Assembly (NCBI GenBank): GCA_028023455.1
Contig: JAQFVV010000001.1
Coordinates: forward strand, 12,400,001-12,464,000
Direction: 5' to 3'
Origin: Epiperipatus broadwayi
Lineage: Eukaryota; Animalia; Onychophora
Length of the DNA stretch: 64,000 nucleotides
Below the pieces are notes generated by a model. It had not been told where the DNA came from, made no database searches, and saw only the letters and a program-made list of their open reading frames with translations. Numbering within the stretch: position 1 is the stretch's first letter; every line of letters begins with the position of its first letter. The translations under genes were made by a program, and so were the position numbers. Below are positions 13,363-27,326 of this stretch, piece after piece.

Positions 13363-14559
13363 ATAAAAGTATATATATATAGTTATGAATATGTTTGTTT
13401 AGCATTGATTAGAAATTATTTTAATAGGATGCTGCTGCTATTTATTAAATAAATAAGGCATAGACACCAGTAATTAACAAATTATTCCATAAATATATTG
13501 TAATATGTATTTGGGGAGACTAGAATTACATCTTTGAAATAAAACCTATAAAAATCATTAACTTTTAGTTATGATTCAAATTACTTTTTAAAATCTAATG
13601 TTAACATTCTGGCATAAGATTATAACTAATTATGTAATACTTACATGGATTCTGTCTTTTCATATATCTACGAAAAGTGACTTTACCAATCATTTAATTA
13701 GTTATCAAGATAATTCACAATCATGAAGACGTTAAATGGGATATATAGTACAATTCATAAATTGCTAATTAGGGATTAATAATTATAAATCCATTTTTTT
13801 TTGTAAGCAGAACTCTTATTTTAATATCAAAAATATTATTTTAATTATTTTAAAAGAAAGGTGTTTTTATATTTAGTACTTTTCTTTATAATTATATGAT
13901 TTTTCAAATTATGTTTAAATATAATGCTTTTTAAGTATCCCATATAATACTCTTGAACTTAAAAATTATATTCTGCATATAATTAAAGCATTTTGCATAA
14001 ATAAGCTGTATATGGTAAGAATCTTCAGATTTTAATTTTTTTTCTAAGATTAATATGATTTCACATAAAAGACCTCAATCAATAGAAATTGTATGATTGC
14101 ATGATTACTTTTTAAATATTTCCATATAGACTTAAAATCACATTTTATAGTTAATACAAGCATTTTGAGACAGGTATTTGGAACAGAATCATTAGCATGA
14201 GCATCTATTGCTCACTGGTAGAGTTAGTGTACAGATCTTTTTTTTTCTTCACTTATATTCTCTCTCTCTGTATAATAAATTATATAAATTTATTGGCATA
14301 AAAATTATCAAATTTAATGAGTTTTTATAAATATTTATATTGTATATACAGTAATCCTAAGTCATATATTTCATTTAAGGTAATTTTGTTAGAATGAAAA
14401 ATTTGTTTTTTAAACTGTCCAAAATCTTTATGAAATTTACTGGGATTGGAATGATTATAATAAATAAATAATCAAGAAATACTCATCATTTTTATTGACC
14501 AATTTTCATTTGTCATCTTTTAGATCTGATTCATATATCACGCTTGTCTTTTTATTTTT

Positions 14560-15790
14560 TTTACTGGAGTTGTTTTATATTTGTTATTGCAGATATTGGT
14601 AGAAACAATAAATTTTGACCCAAAGTTATAAGTAATGGTATTGGACATATGAACTTAAGTGACCAGTTATTGAATTTTTGCACAATATATGGATTGACTA
14701 GGAATACCTCTCTAGTCAGAAAAATTGCTTTCAAGATATTTGGATACATATATATAAAATGACATCACTTGGTCGTAATGTAGCCTGCAATAGCCTACAT
14801 GGATGATATAACAGTTTTTCTAACAACTAAAAAAACAAATACAAACATTAACTGATATATTATATGAATTCACTTGCACCTATAAACTAGAATTTTAACC
14901 TTGATAAAACGTGTGTGGTGTATATACACATACAAATGTATTTCAAGGTAAACCCACAGCCTATTTAGGATTCCCCATTTCACTTGAGTTACATGGTTAT
15001 ACAAAGGCAAATACAAAACAAATTAATTCAAACAACAGAACAGACCATATCCTTCCTCTCAAAAGCATAACTTTTTCTACATTCGAAAGTTTATAAACAT
15101 GCTGATTATTACAAAAATTTATTTAATATATACCGATTATAGTCTTCACAAAATTCTGATTTATTAACTGGGTAGAAAACTTTTATGGTGATGAAAAATA
15201 ATGGCCATCTCACTCAGGCAAATGCAGTATCACAGCAATCTAAATGGATTAGGACTACATTCTATTCATGTATTTACAATACAAAAAACTTAATCTTTTA
15301 TCATTCATGACAAGAATATACCCACGTGTAGAAGTCACTCTTAAAATAACACAGACAAACCTCCATATCCAAAATATCTGCATACAGACAGAATGTATTA
15401 AATCAATATCTAACCCTAACATAACTTTCCCACGAGACAAATGGCGCTACTGGAATACATATGAACTTTTACACACAAACAAATTATAACTTAGATTTGC
15501 CAATGCTAGGCATTAATAATAAACAGCTAATACATAGACTTAAGTTTTGGACACCAGCCCAAATTTTTTGTTTTTCTACTCGAACTGAACATGTGGTCAT
15601 TACCAATATTATATTTCATGAGATATAAGAGAAACATCCTTAACATTGTCACTATACGTGAGTTGTGTCATAGATCAGAAGAGAACCATAAACAATACAC
15701 TCTTAAAGGCTGCCGCTATAAGTTCGATTATAGTCTTTTCCAAATGCCTGCTTTGCAGAAATAAGTACAACATTTATACTATATGCTTTG
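14560..15790 (+). mobile_element. Decayed LINE ORF2 (L1/Tx1-like): RT and C-terminal zinc-finger remnant
   Basis: Plus-strand translation contains AYMDDITV (~14790-14815), YLGFPI (~14960), a W-containing linker (KWRYWNT) and ELCHRSEENHKQYTLKGC, a degenerate CCHC finger. Confidence 0.55.
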
Positions 15791-18699
15791 TGGTGCATTA
15801 GGTTTAGTTATCTTTACAATAATAATGCAAGAAATTTTAACACATTTAAAAACAATTTTTTGACAATAAAGAGATAAAAAAATCATCCCATCAGACATTT
15901 TCACAGACACTTGGTCACTTGTCCATCAGTGCTCTAACCTCTATTGAGATGCATTTTCTGTTTCCTATTTTATTATAAATGTTTTTAATAATAGTATAAT
16001 TCACTGAATACTATTGAAATTACTTATTGTGATATTCTTTGATTAGTTTTATATATATATTTTTTTTTTCATTTAAACTGAAATATTTGTATGTATATAT
16101 TTTTTCCTCTTTAAACTGAAATATCCATAGATATATTTTTCCTTGAATAAAGTTTCTTTTAAAACTTAAAAAAAAAAAAATTATAATTAGAAATCAGGCT
16201 ATAAAAACAAGCATTTATAAATGTAGATCATTGAGAAAATCATGCATTAGTATTCTCCAAAGTTAAAATATCTTTTATACTCAATAAGCAATTACTATTC
16301 CATGTTAATTTACTAGTAATTTTGTATTATATTTTTTATCTCTTTGTATAACATATGCACAAATTATTTCAAACAGTCTGGATGCTTTTTAATTTGTTCT
16401 TGGGTTAGCAAATTGTTCCACTAAATAATATTATGAATATGTAGCTTCATAAACAGTAACAATGAATTAAAAATAAAAGTTTAAAGATTTAAAATTGCAA
16501 TAAACACCTTTTTGACATCTTGAAATATCATATTCATATTGAATCAATGAATCGTATTGTAATTATGAACACATTGAATAAAAATAAAAGAAATGATACA
16601 GTATATATTTTGTACTTTAGTTATGCTGCATTTTATTCTTAATTATGTAATGAGTAAAATCTTTTTTTAAAATTGTAAATTGAGATTGATGCAAACATTA
16701 ATTGATGTTGGCCTTCTATTTTTATTACTGGAATGTTAAATAAAAATAAAGACATAAAAATCAAATAGCTAACAATATACTGTTTAATTTATTCATGATG
16801 TATTTTATTATAATGATCTTCTTTATAATTACTAAATATTTTATGTATATGAATTGTTATTTATAATAATGCTTTCCTAATATTAATATAAAATCAAGTC
16901 ATATTTAATAAATATTTTTTAATAAGATTATTCTATACAGATCATAATCATTTTGATTGAATTTATCTTTTTTCATAAATAGATAATTTATTTTCAAACA
17001 AAATATTGTATTTAGAATATGATTTTTTTAGGCTTGGCAGAATTGTTATGATCACTAGCTTTATACTTTGAAGCATTTCAAATGAAATTTAAAATTTTTG
17101 GAAGGACAAAATTATTGTGTATATGTATTAATCTGATGACATTGGCATGACCGAATGAATGGTTGTGACTTCATAAGAATGCAAGGCTTGTGTGAGATTT
17201 AATGAATACTGCAAAACTTGGCTACTAAAAAATGTACAAACATAAAATTTTCATTTTTATTGTCAATTTATAAATTTTAACATTTTTTGTTTCTTTTTGG
17301 TGTAGAGTGTAATTAAAGTAATAAATGTTGAGATAGTAGATGCGATGACTCCTATATTTTATCACTTTTTTGATTTCAGAACTTGCTTCATATAAATATT
17401 ATTCCTTTCCCAATTGTATCATTTCTTGATAGTCATTTTATCACTTTAATCATTGATAAATTATAATTAGGATACAAAATTTTCCCAAATGGAGTTTTAT
17501 TTGCATAGTATTTTTTGCTTGAATCTTTACAATTTTAAATATTTTAGCTTTTAATTGATTACTATTTCTTTCTATTAATCATTATATGGAATGCAAATAT
17601 AACATTGTCTTTTTAGAAGATATTCAAGACATAAAAATACATAAGTATAGTATTAAAAATCAGCATCATTTTTGATCATCTCACACATTTTTTTTAATGA
17701 GCTGTATTTAGAAAGGATTTTATTTAGTGATCTTTTTACCTATGAAGGATTAGCTTCATAAAGTGGTGAAATCATTTGTTTTTAACCATTCATTATTCAG
17801 TCATGATTGTGTGAAAGGAAGGATCTCATGCGCTAAGGGCTGTTATATATACCGTATATCCAAATCTCTGACTTCATTAAAAGTGAAAGTTTGTAAAACG
17901 TTTTTTGCGTATATGAATAACTCACTATCTTTTACATTTAGTTTTTTATAACTTTTTAATCATTATGTATTGTAAAATGAATAAAGAAATACTTATCCAA
18001 TTTATTTTATATAAATGACCAATTTATTTTATGAAAATGATCATGTAATAAATTTTTATTTATAGATAATATTATTTAAAATTATATTTGCTAATTAATA
18101 TTTTTATTTTTTTCCTAATATATTTCTTATGCGAATTTCTACAAAAATTTAGAAACTACATTCTGGATCAATTTTTATTGATTTTTTTTGTGTGTGTGTG
18201 TGTGTCTTTTCAGCTTTAAAAAAAAACATAATAATCTTGTCTCATTATCTTATGATGGATCTACTTTATTCGTGCTATAAAATTTCATTTTCATGCTAAA
18301 CTTATTTTTCAACTTTTAGCAGACAATTTTGAATCTTTTTTTTTTTTTTTAATATAACATTTTAGTTATTCTCTAATCAGTTTATATAAGAGATTTAAAA
18401 GCTGAAATCATCACAATTAATTTATTTGATTTTATAAGTATACACGTATGAAATAATCTAAGCACATTGTATATAAATCTATTGTTCATAATGATATAAA
18501 AATAAATCACAGATTAATATTTTTGTTTTGCAAATATTGACACTCACTTAACCAGCCAGACTAACCTTGACCTTTATTCTCTACCCAATGATATTTAAAT
18601 ATTTTTTATAAATTGTATTGAATGTGCTGTATTAGCAAGAATAAGATTGAAAAAAAAAAAATCCTCAGCCTATTTGTAATCTGGAAAAAACATCTGAGG

Positions 18700-19790
18700 T
18701 TTATCTGATCATTGCCACAAGAATCTTCAATATATAATTTACAGTTGATAGTGTGCAAAAATAGTATTGAAACTCATTCAGCATAGATTAAAACAACTGT
18801 CAAATGATGCACTGATTCTAAGAATGGTTGAGGAATATGACACTAATGCTAGATAATTGAAAAGGTCAGAAATACTAGAAGGAAATCACTATGCTTTGTT
18901 ATTTACAACAAGACACTTAGTTCAATTGATAATGTTAAAGTATGGAATGCTTTCTGAAAAATTGGATGCAGTAGAACCTCTTATTGTTTTTAGATGGGAC
19001 TAGAATTTATGGTGAAATACTGATTTTATATTGGAAAAGGAATTCTTGTCAGTACTGTTTTTATTTTATCTGCTCATCTCATATAAAGTTATGTAATTTA
19101 TAATGAAGAAAATTAGAATAATGAAAATAAATTTTGTTTGAAAGATGACGTATAAAAGAAACATTAATATCTTTATGTATGATGATGATATCAAGTTTAT
19201 AATTAAATTTAGAGAAAACATTATAGAGAAACTTTTCGAGAAATTTAAGATCAGGAAAATATGGAATTATAGCCTAATGTGAAGAACACAAAAGTTACAA
19301 TGATAGGGATAACAGTAAACAATAGGACAGTGATTAGTTGTTGTTTTCCTAGAACAAACAATGACAAAGGATGTAGCACACAAGAGATTCATTGTGAGTT
19401 GATGTTTCTGTGAAAACTGGAAAAGTTCTTTTAGGTGAAGGGACATGGTATTGCCTGTGATTTTCCATGGATGTTAAGTGGATTTTGAGGTATTATGTTA
19501 ACAAAAGATATTTAAGAATACTATGGTTTATAAGAAAAATGAATAAGTGGATATGTGATCAGATTAGTATGTAATATTTGCTTTTAAGTACAAGTGACCA
19601 GATGGAAATTGTTATATTTTTATCATGTCACAATTCATTTAAAAAGTGTATAATGGTTGAAAAGTTTGATAATGAATAGAGAAAAAAAAAGATGACCAAT
19701 AATTGTGATATTTAGGAGACTAAAAAACCAGAGTTGCAGATATTCTGGAAAAATGCTATTTATATGAATACTTATAACAATAGTCACATG
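18700..19790 (+). mobile_element. Decayed RTE-clade (RTE-1/BovB-like) LINE reverse transcriptase
   Basis: Colinear with the RTE RT domain: KIVLKLIQHRLKQ, KSLCFVIYNKTLSSIDNVKVWNAF*KIG (cf. CFIDYxKAFDxVDH), IGKGILVSTVFILS (cf. IGKGVRQGCILS), NINIFMYDDDI (cf. NLRYADD), MVLPVIFHGC (cf. MVFPVxxYGCE). Confidence 0.7.
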
Positions 19791-20423
19791 ACTCCAGCAA
19801 ACTTTTTATCCATCTGTCTCATATATGATCTTTTTCTAGATCTTTTATATCTTACAATCTAATTTAGATTTTTTGTTGTCCGTTTATAGTCATCTATGTC
19901 CAGAACAATTTTATTTAAGTTTTTCAATAATGATAGAGTTAACCAAATTTGTTCTTTAACCTGTATATTTTACTTTATTGTGTGATTTGCAGTCTGTATT
20001 GCTCTGTTATAAAATATTACAAACTCATTAGTGTTATCAGAATACTTAATAAAAAGCTTTCTTTTCAAGTACATAAGCATAATTTTTTTTTTTGTTAAAT
20101 TATTTCTATCAAAATTCATTTAAATTTATTCATTTTTTTCATTTTATCCATGTTTCAATATGTATAATTTAAATTAAATATTTAGTTATGAAATTCTAAT
20201 TCATTACTATCAATCTTAATTTTCTTCTTAATTGAAAATTCATTGAACTTGTTTTAGTTTTTTAGTATGTATATATTTTTTAATTTTTTGTTTCATCTGA
20301 TAGCAATTCCAAAAAGTCACATTATCTGCAAAATCTAGCTGATTTGATTACTATTTGTATATATATTGTAACACTTCTGTTACATAGCACTCAATAACAG
20401 TATGTGCATAAATATATATAAAG

Positions 20424-20640
20424 TTTGTAACACAACTTCCCTTTTCATATAGAACAGTAGACATATATATATTTATTATCACACGTATGCATATATGGAA
20501 ATCTATTATGAGAATATGCACAAAATTTGTAACAAAACCTCCCTTATTCTTATAGAACAGTAGACATATATATAGATACATTTATTATCGCACACATACA
20601 TATATGAGAATCTATTACTTATGAGATTATACACAAAAAA
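20424..20640. repeat. Two tandem ~100-110 bp units
   Basis: tttgtaaca.aac.tccctt.ttc.tatagaacagtagacatatatata...atctatta occurs at 20424 and 20525. Confidence 0.7.
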
Positions 20641-20660
20641 ATGCCCTCTTCTTCCGTATG

Positions 20661-20857
20661 TATTATTCTAATCTATGACAATAAGGAATTTCCCAACGTG
20701 TATTTATGGACATCTAGCAGATTCCAAGCACTAATCTTATAAAATAAGAATTATGTGAGTATTATTCTAATCTATGACAATAAGGAATTTCCCATCGTGT
20801 ATTTATGGACATCTAGCAGATTCCAAGCATTAATCTTATAAAATAAGAATTATGTGA
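20661..20857. repeat. Near-perfect 99-bp tandem duplication
   Basis: tattattctaatctatgacaataaggaatttccca.cgtgtatttatggacatctagcagattccaagca.taatcttataaaataagaattatgtga at 20661 and 20760. Confidence 0.9.
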
Positions 20858-22073
20858 AGGGGATAAACTAATGATGAGCAACTAATATATAACTATAGAC
20901 TAGAAAGGTTTGACCATCGGCTAGCTCAAACTCAGGTCGCGTGGTATTATTGCCAAGAGTAGATATGAGTTGGAAGTAATCACCCTCATATTTCAGTACC
21001 CCTTTGTAATCTAGAATCTGTCTACTTATAAACCCTCTTTAATGTTTACAAGTACACAAAAAATAATATATTACACACATGATTTTAATAGATAACAAAA
21101 TTTATTAGTTTACAAATTAATGTCTATCAATAATGTTAGTATATAAATGAGGAAAGAACAACCCTTCAATACATGAAATTAATGCTCTGCTATTTCGATT
21201 AATACGCACATAGCTCACATTCATATATACAATCTACATTTGAGGTACGGTTTAAAAGTCAAGAAGAGATTGAAAAGAAATTCTTCTCTTTTTTGCTTTC
21301 ATGACTCTTAGTTTAAAGGCGTAACGTCAGCTCTCAATACAAAAGTTTATACTACCTGCCTTTCCCCGGGAGTTCGTAGAATGAAAACACATTTACAGTT
21401 TAATATGATCCAGGTAAATATATGACAACATGTGAGGTTTCTTCTTTATTTTTATGATCTCTATTTCCAGAAAGTTGACGATTCACAGCTTTGATAATGG
21501 TGGTAGCTTTTAATCCAATGAGGCATATTCTTTCTTTATCAGTCATAGCAGCATACAATTAATTGGGGATAGGGTTTGAGCCCAATGTTAGACTTTCACC
21601 CCCACATTTCCATTTCGGCTGCAGTTTGATGTGAAATTATATCAATCTCTGCTGCTTTAACTATATCTCTATACTTTTACTCCGCTCTCTGCAGGAACAA
21701 GACCACTAACATTCTGGGTCCTTTCCTTTTATACCCTCCAATCTTTCTAGAAAGTTCACTGGTTTTCTATTGCCTGTTGTCTTGTTTTATGCCCAACCAG
21801 ATTCTTATCAAGATATTTGAAAGCTTTTCGAAACTTTCAAATTTAATTATTCTGGCCATTTCTGTGCTTCTCATAAAACAACCAAGCAAAAGAAAACCTC
21901 ATCTCTCCCCTCCCAACAGTTAAACCTCTTCATGTACAGATCCATAACCCATACATACATGACTGTTTTAAAACAACAGAGCATGATCCCTCCTTTTCCG
22001 ATATATACATTTAAACAACCATAATGATGACCACCTTTTATTCTTGTGACCGGGTTTGAACCGTTCTGTCACA

Positions 22074-24122
22074 ATACCCCCTGTTCAAAAGCCTTCAAAT
22101 ACCTCTTGCATATTTGAATGGCTCTCTTAATTTCCTATCTCCTTATATGTTTACCTGCTAGTACCTGATTTGTCCATACCTGCAGAGGGCCAGGGCATGC
22201 TTTAATGATCCGAGCATTATATGATCCCTTGATTTTGTGCCCAGGGTCCACCCAAAATCCGTTATCCTTTTGATTACAACAGATGGTGTATGGGCCCTTA
22301 TACAAGTTACAGAATTTTGGGCACACAAATCTACCCAGGTCGCTGACATGGGAGTATTAACCATGACCTGATCTCCCACTTTAATTATGTGTGTCCTATT
22401 CCCTATCTTTCTCTTTCATTGATGGCTCACCCGCTGTAAGGTCTGATATATCTTGTCCTGGTCAGTTTTTTGATCGATACATGGTTCTTCCATCCCTAGT
22501 GGGATGTGTTGTCAAATTGGAGGCAAAATGGAGCAAATCCTGTTGATTCATTTATGAACCAGTTTATGAAATTCACTACTTTGTGGTTCTATTTCACACA
22601 GCTCTTATGATTCATGCCCATATAAGTACAAAACAAGCACCCTAACTCCCTCATCACCCGTTCACAGGGTTTAGATTGTAGGTTCCAAATTGATGTGAAG
22701 TTGTGCCTAATCCCCTGATGCATTCATTAGATGTGAAGGGTCTGCCATGGTCAGATAAAATGCTCTTAGGTCTTCTGGTCTTTGTGAAATGCCTGTTTTC
22801 TAACATCTTGATGGCATTCTTTGCATTCGCCTGCATGATGGGGTACACGGTCACGTACTTTGAAAATAAATCTAAGATATTTTTTATTGAATGCTGGCAG
22901 AGGGCCATAAAAGCCCAAAGCTATCATTTCTTGAGGTTGGTTTGGTATTATTGACAACATAGGAACCATGTAATTCCTGTTCGCCAATTTGGTTCTCTGG
23001 CAGCTTTCGCATTCCCTCAACATGTTCACGATGGATGCATATATGCTAGGCCAGTGAAACCACTTCCAAATCAAATGCTCATATTCAGAGTGCCATAGTG
23101 GCCATACATCTGGTGCACATAGGTTGCCACATCCTTCCATAGCATATGAGGTATAATTGGTTTGCACTTATCTTGGTCATCATGTATCCTGTATTGCAAA
23201 ATGTTTTGATATAGCCAATATCTTGTCTCCCTTTCTGCCTCCTTCACACCCTCTCTGTTGGCTTTCTCTCCCAGCCGCTCATTCATCTCTTTCAATCACT
23301 CATCATGACGCTGTCAATCCCCCAACAAACCAAGTCTTTTCTGGCAATATACAAGTTCTCTGCACTCATGTGACCAGGCTGATACCCAGACAGATTATGG
23401 CTCAGAATATCAGCCACGGTGTTCTCCGGTCCCCGACAATATTGAACAGTGTAATTGTATTCCTGCAGCAACAAGTTCCAACATATCAACCAGCTGTTGT
23501 TGGTAAGGTAACTACGATTTCACAATGATCACTACTAACCTTAACAAAAATGGACAGAACTTCTGAAATGCCCAGACAATCGCCACAGCCTCCTTTTTGG
23601 TGGTGGAGTAATTTAGTTAGGGATCCTTTAGTAGTCTGCTGATAAAATACGCACTTCCATTTGATTTCCTGCCTGTATTTGTGATAGTATAGCCCCCAAG
23701 CCATATCCACTGCTGTCCATTTGTACCACAAATGCTTGGGTAAAATCTGGAAATGAGAGCATAACTTGTCTAGTGAACCCCTCTTTTATATCTTCAAGGG
23801 CCTTCTGTTCTTGGTCCCACCTCCATGGGGTACTCTTTCTTAGTAATCTAGCTAGATATACCATGCATTCAGTTAGCCATTCATGGAATCTGTTGTAGAA
23901 ATTACAAAGGCCCAGGAATGACCAGATCTGCTTCTGAGATTTCAATGTGGGGGAACTTTCTGATGGCCAATACTTTGTCTGAATGAGATTTCACCCATAA
24001 GCCACTTCATCTTTCATCTCGGTACTTTTATATCTTCGAGGGCCTTCTCCTGTTCTTGGTCCCACCTTCATGGGGTACCCTTTCTTAGTAATCTAGCTAG
24101 ATGTTCCATGCATTCAGCTATC
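22074..24122 (-). mobile_element. Ty3/Gypsy pol remnant (RT connection, RNase H, integrase), 5'-truncated and frameshifted
   Basis: FLGLCNFYNRF, LRKSTPWRWDQEQKALEDIK, PDFTQAFVVQMDSSGYGLGAILSQ, LLQEYNYTVQYCRGPENTVADILS, HQMYGHYG..WPSIY..CESCQRTK (HHCC), FYGPLP, DLFSKYV, ILSDHGRPFTS and the GPY motif. The RH-INT order is diagnostic of Gypsy. Confidence 0.9.
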
Positions 24123-25049
24123 CTTACTATCCTTTTTTAATAGTTATTATGCCTTAAGCTTTGTATTAATACATTTTACACCATTTAATCAGTGATTATT
24201 TCCTGTATTGAATCTTTTTACATTAGTTTTGAAGTCCATATTTTTTTTAGTCAAAATATATGGCAATTTTTCAGTGCTTATGTTTGGGTGTTTTTAGATG
24301 CATTTTTTTTTTTTAAAAAAAAAAAAATTTAAAATATTGAAAAATTTACAAATCTGTTTATTTGCTATACTATCTTCATATACAAATTTACCCACAATTA
24401 CTTCATTATCATTGAAAAAAAAATTCTGTACATTATTTTTTATCAGTATAAAAACTTTCAATTCTATTTGGTATTTTCCATTTTATCGCATCTTATTACT
24501 TTGTTTGATATATTTGTATAATTTTTTTATTATCTTTTATTATAATGTATCAGCTCTCTACTTGTTGTAGTGTATTCTTTTCCACTTGTACTTGCAATTA
24601 TTGTGCCTTTATAATAGATGTTTTTTTAATCTTTTTTTTTTTAATTTCACAAAATTCAATAATGTTTCATTTAATATTAGACAGTTTTGTGAAAGTAGCT
24701 ATTTTTCTTGGTTTGAAATTCAAATGATAGCTTATTGAATGATAGCAAAGTTTATCATCCAACAATTATTGGCAAAGTTTCTGTTTTTGTCTGACAACCT
24801 TGCTACCTTTGGGTTGTGAGATCTTGTAAATAAAAAGGAAATGAGTGTTCTAACACAATCATCCATGTTCCTTCTTCATTATCTCTAAGAATCTTCAGGC
24901 ATTTAAGAAGAAAGATTAGCTGGGTTTACATATCATTGTATTTCTGTTTAACTCAGAGGTAAAAATCAATTTTTTGCCTATAAACATAATAAAAATAAAT
25001 GAGAAAATAATAAAAAACATTATATTTCTATTCAGGGATAAAAAAAAAA

Positions 25050-25250
25050 CCCTGTACCCACTCAGTGCAAGCCAAAGTAATCAATGGATGCCAAAAGGCT
25101 TGTGCATAAAATCCCTATCTAGTGCCTACTCATCCATTATCCCCAGACTAGTTCCTCACTGAAGAAAGCCACAAACTACTGTTTTGCCTGTTTTAATAAC
25201 AGTTATGAACAAGCATAAGAAATAGTGATTATGTAATGTTTAGTGGTTAT
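25050..25250. repeat. Family A element, copy 3 (partial fold-back with internal deletion)
   Basis: + core to cagactagtt (25152), then cctcactgaagaaagccacaa in - orientation and the - flank ttttgcctgttttaataacagttatgaacaagcataagaaatagtg. Confidence 0.85.
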
Positions 25251-25960
25251 ATGGAATTTGTTATTTCATACATAATTTTTTATATAACAGCACTATTAAT
25301 CAAAGTTTTTGTCTATGATAACATGTCATACCATTTTTTTTAAAAATCAATATATATTTAGAAATTAGAAAATTGAAGATCATGGTTTTCAAATTTCAAA
25401 ATTTTGAGGTTTTTTTTTTTTAGTTTTTCCAGCTATTTTTTATTGTTTAACAATATGAAAATTTTGTAACTGAGACAATGTTTATAAGATTATAGTGATT
25501 TCACACTCTTTGATTTAAAAGTTTTTCTGGAAATTAGTATTTTAAATTATTCAAATGAATTTTAATGTTTGATAGGGACATAGACTTTTCAAGAGAAGGG
25601 ACAATTTGTATCTGTGAGGTTCTATTTAGCAAGGTCTATATTTTGATCTCAGTTTTGAAAGCACTACTATGGTAGTCTAATGCATTAACCATTGTATTAT
25701 TTGGCTTTTCTAGCTTGATAGTTTTAAGTTCAAATGTATATTTTTTTTTGAAGACAAATATGTAAGTTTTAAAAATCCATTAAACTTTTAGCACAGAATT
25801 TATTTATGTCCTAACAATTGTGCAAATAAATTATTATCAAAATTTTAAATCAATTTTTTTTCTTATTAATTTCTAAAAGATGTGATAAAAGTGAAGGGCA
25901 AAGTATCGTCATCTTTTTGTTTTTCAGAATAAGTAAGGAGAGCAATACAATAATTCCTTT

Positions 25961-26635
25961 ATATAAATAAGCATTTATTTTTATAGCGTCTGCATATAAT
26001 TGTAATTTACATTCATATCGGCCTTTCAAACCAATTGTGCAAACGCTTTGCGAGTGTTAAATAATAAATGAATGCCTTCTGATCAATACAAGATATAGAA
26101 TTTATGCAGGAATAAAAAGAATCCTCATTCCTACGACTCAAATATTTATATATGAGCAAATCTGAAGTACTTGCACAGAAGGCGTGACGATAGAATGGTC
26201 ACTTTTAAATTACTATATACAATGTCTGAATGAATGACGCGATGAAATTTTCTAGAATTTACTAAACGTCATTCCAACTGAAACTTAATCATATATATAA
26301 ATAAGCTTTTATTTTTATAGTGTCTGCATATAATTGTAATTTACATTCATATCGGCCTTTCAGTTGGAATGACGTTTAGTAAATTCTAGAAAATTTCATC
26401 GCGTCATTCATTCAGACATTGTATATAGTAATTTAAAAGTGACCGTTCTATCATCACGCCTTCTGTGCAAGTACTTCAGATTTGCTCATATATAAATATT
26501 TGAGTCGTAGGAATAAGAGGATTCTTTTTATTCCTGCATAAATTCTATATCTTGTATTGATCAGAAGGCATTCATTTATTATTTAACACTCGCAAAGTGT
26601 TTGCACAATTGGTTTGAAAGGCCGATATGAATGTA
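25961..26635. repeat. Young inverted duplication with structure X-A-X-A'
   Basis: Arms 26008-26283 and 26358-26635 are reverse complements with 3 substitutions and one 2-bp indel. The ~67-bp segment X (25961-26028) is directly repeated at 26295-26362. Confidence 0.95.
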
Positions 26636-27326
26636 TGAATGTAATTCCTTTTGTAATTTGTGCATGTGTATTTTTAAAAAATAATTTGTAATCTATTTAA
26701 TTGGGTTTAAATTTAAAGATGTAAGAAAAAAAAAATTTTTTTTTTTTTAAAAAAGAAACAATTTTGAATACCATAGTATATTTGTGTCCCTATTTTTTTA
26801 TTTATTAGTTATATCAGAAAATGTGTGTAAATGGTAATTGGTATACAAGTATGTGTGAATAAAATGAAAATTATTTTAACAATTTTAAATATGTGGATAT
26901 TATATTACAAAGGACTATCATTTAGTTCCCCTGTAAAAGTAATTCTAAAGTTTAGGTAGTGGGAGAAATTTTTTGCTACCATATTCGTATTTTTATCAGT
27001 ATACAGTCTTGAGATGAAAAAAGTGAAGCCCTAGTAAAGTAATTGAAATTCCAGAAAAATCCCCTTTTTAAACAAGGGCCATAATTTTTTTGGGAATTAA
27101 AAATATACTAATATCATTATTACTACTAACTGTTCTACATTTAATGACAATTTTTCCAATTTTCTTCGTGATATATTTATATTTTAAAATTTCTTTTATA
27201 TTCTGGACAGTAATTCAACAGAAGCTAGGATACAGTCTTTTATAAACTCCCCTTAAAAAAATGGATTTCTAATTTATTTTTTGAAATGTAACTTGCTTTT
27301 ACAAAAATTTCTAATTTGTTTATTCT

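Larger units (their letters stand above)
20367..22073 (-). mobile_element. Probable 3' LTR of the Gypsy element (distal boundary uncertain)
   Basis: On - it begins TGTGACAG at 22073, directly after a polypurine tract (AACAGGGGGTA) downstream of integrase. Candidate ...GTTACA ends occur at 20367, 20427 and 20528. The region is non-coding. Confidence 0.5.

Noticed and set aside
17803-17871. C/D snoRNA-like layout (ATGATT...CTGA)
   Set aside because: Imperfect C box, unconvincing terminal stem, and only an 8-nt match to recalled rRNA sequence.
20424-20857. Spaced direct repeats superficially like a CRISPR array
   Set aside because: Only two ~100-bp units each, no repeat-spacer organisation, no cas genes, and a eukaryotic LTR context.
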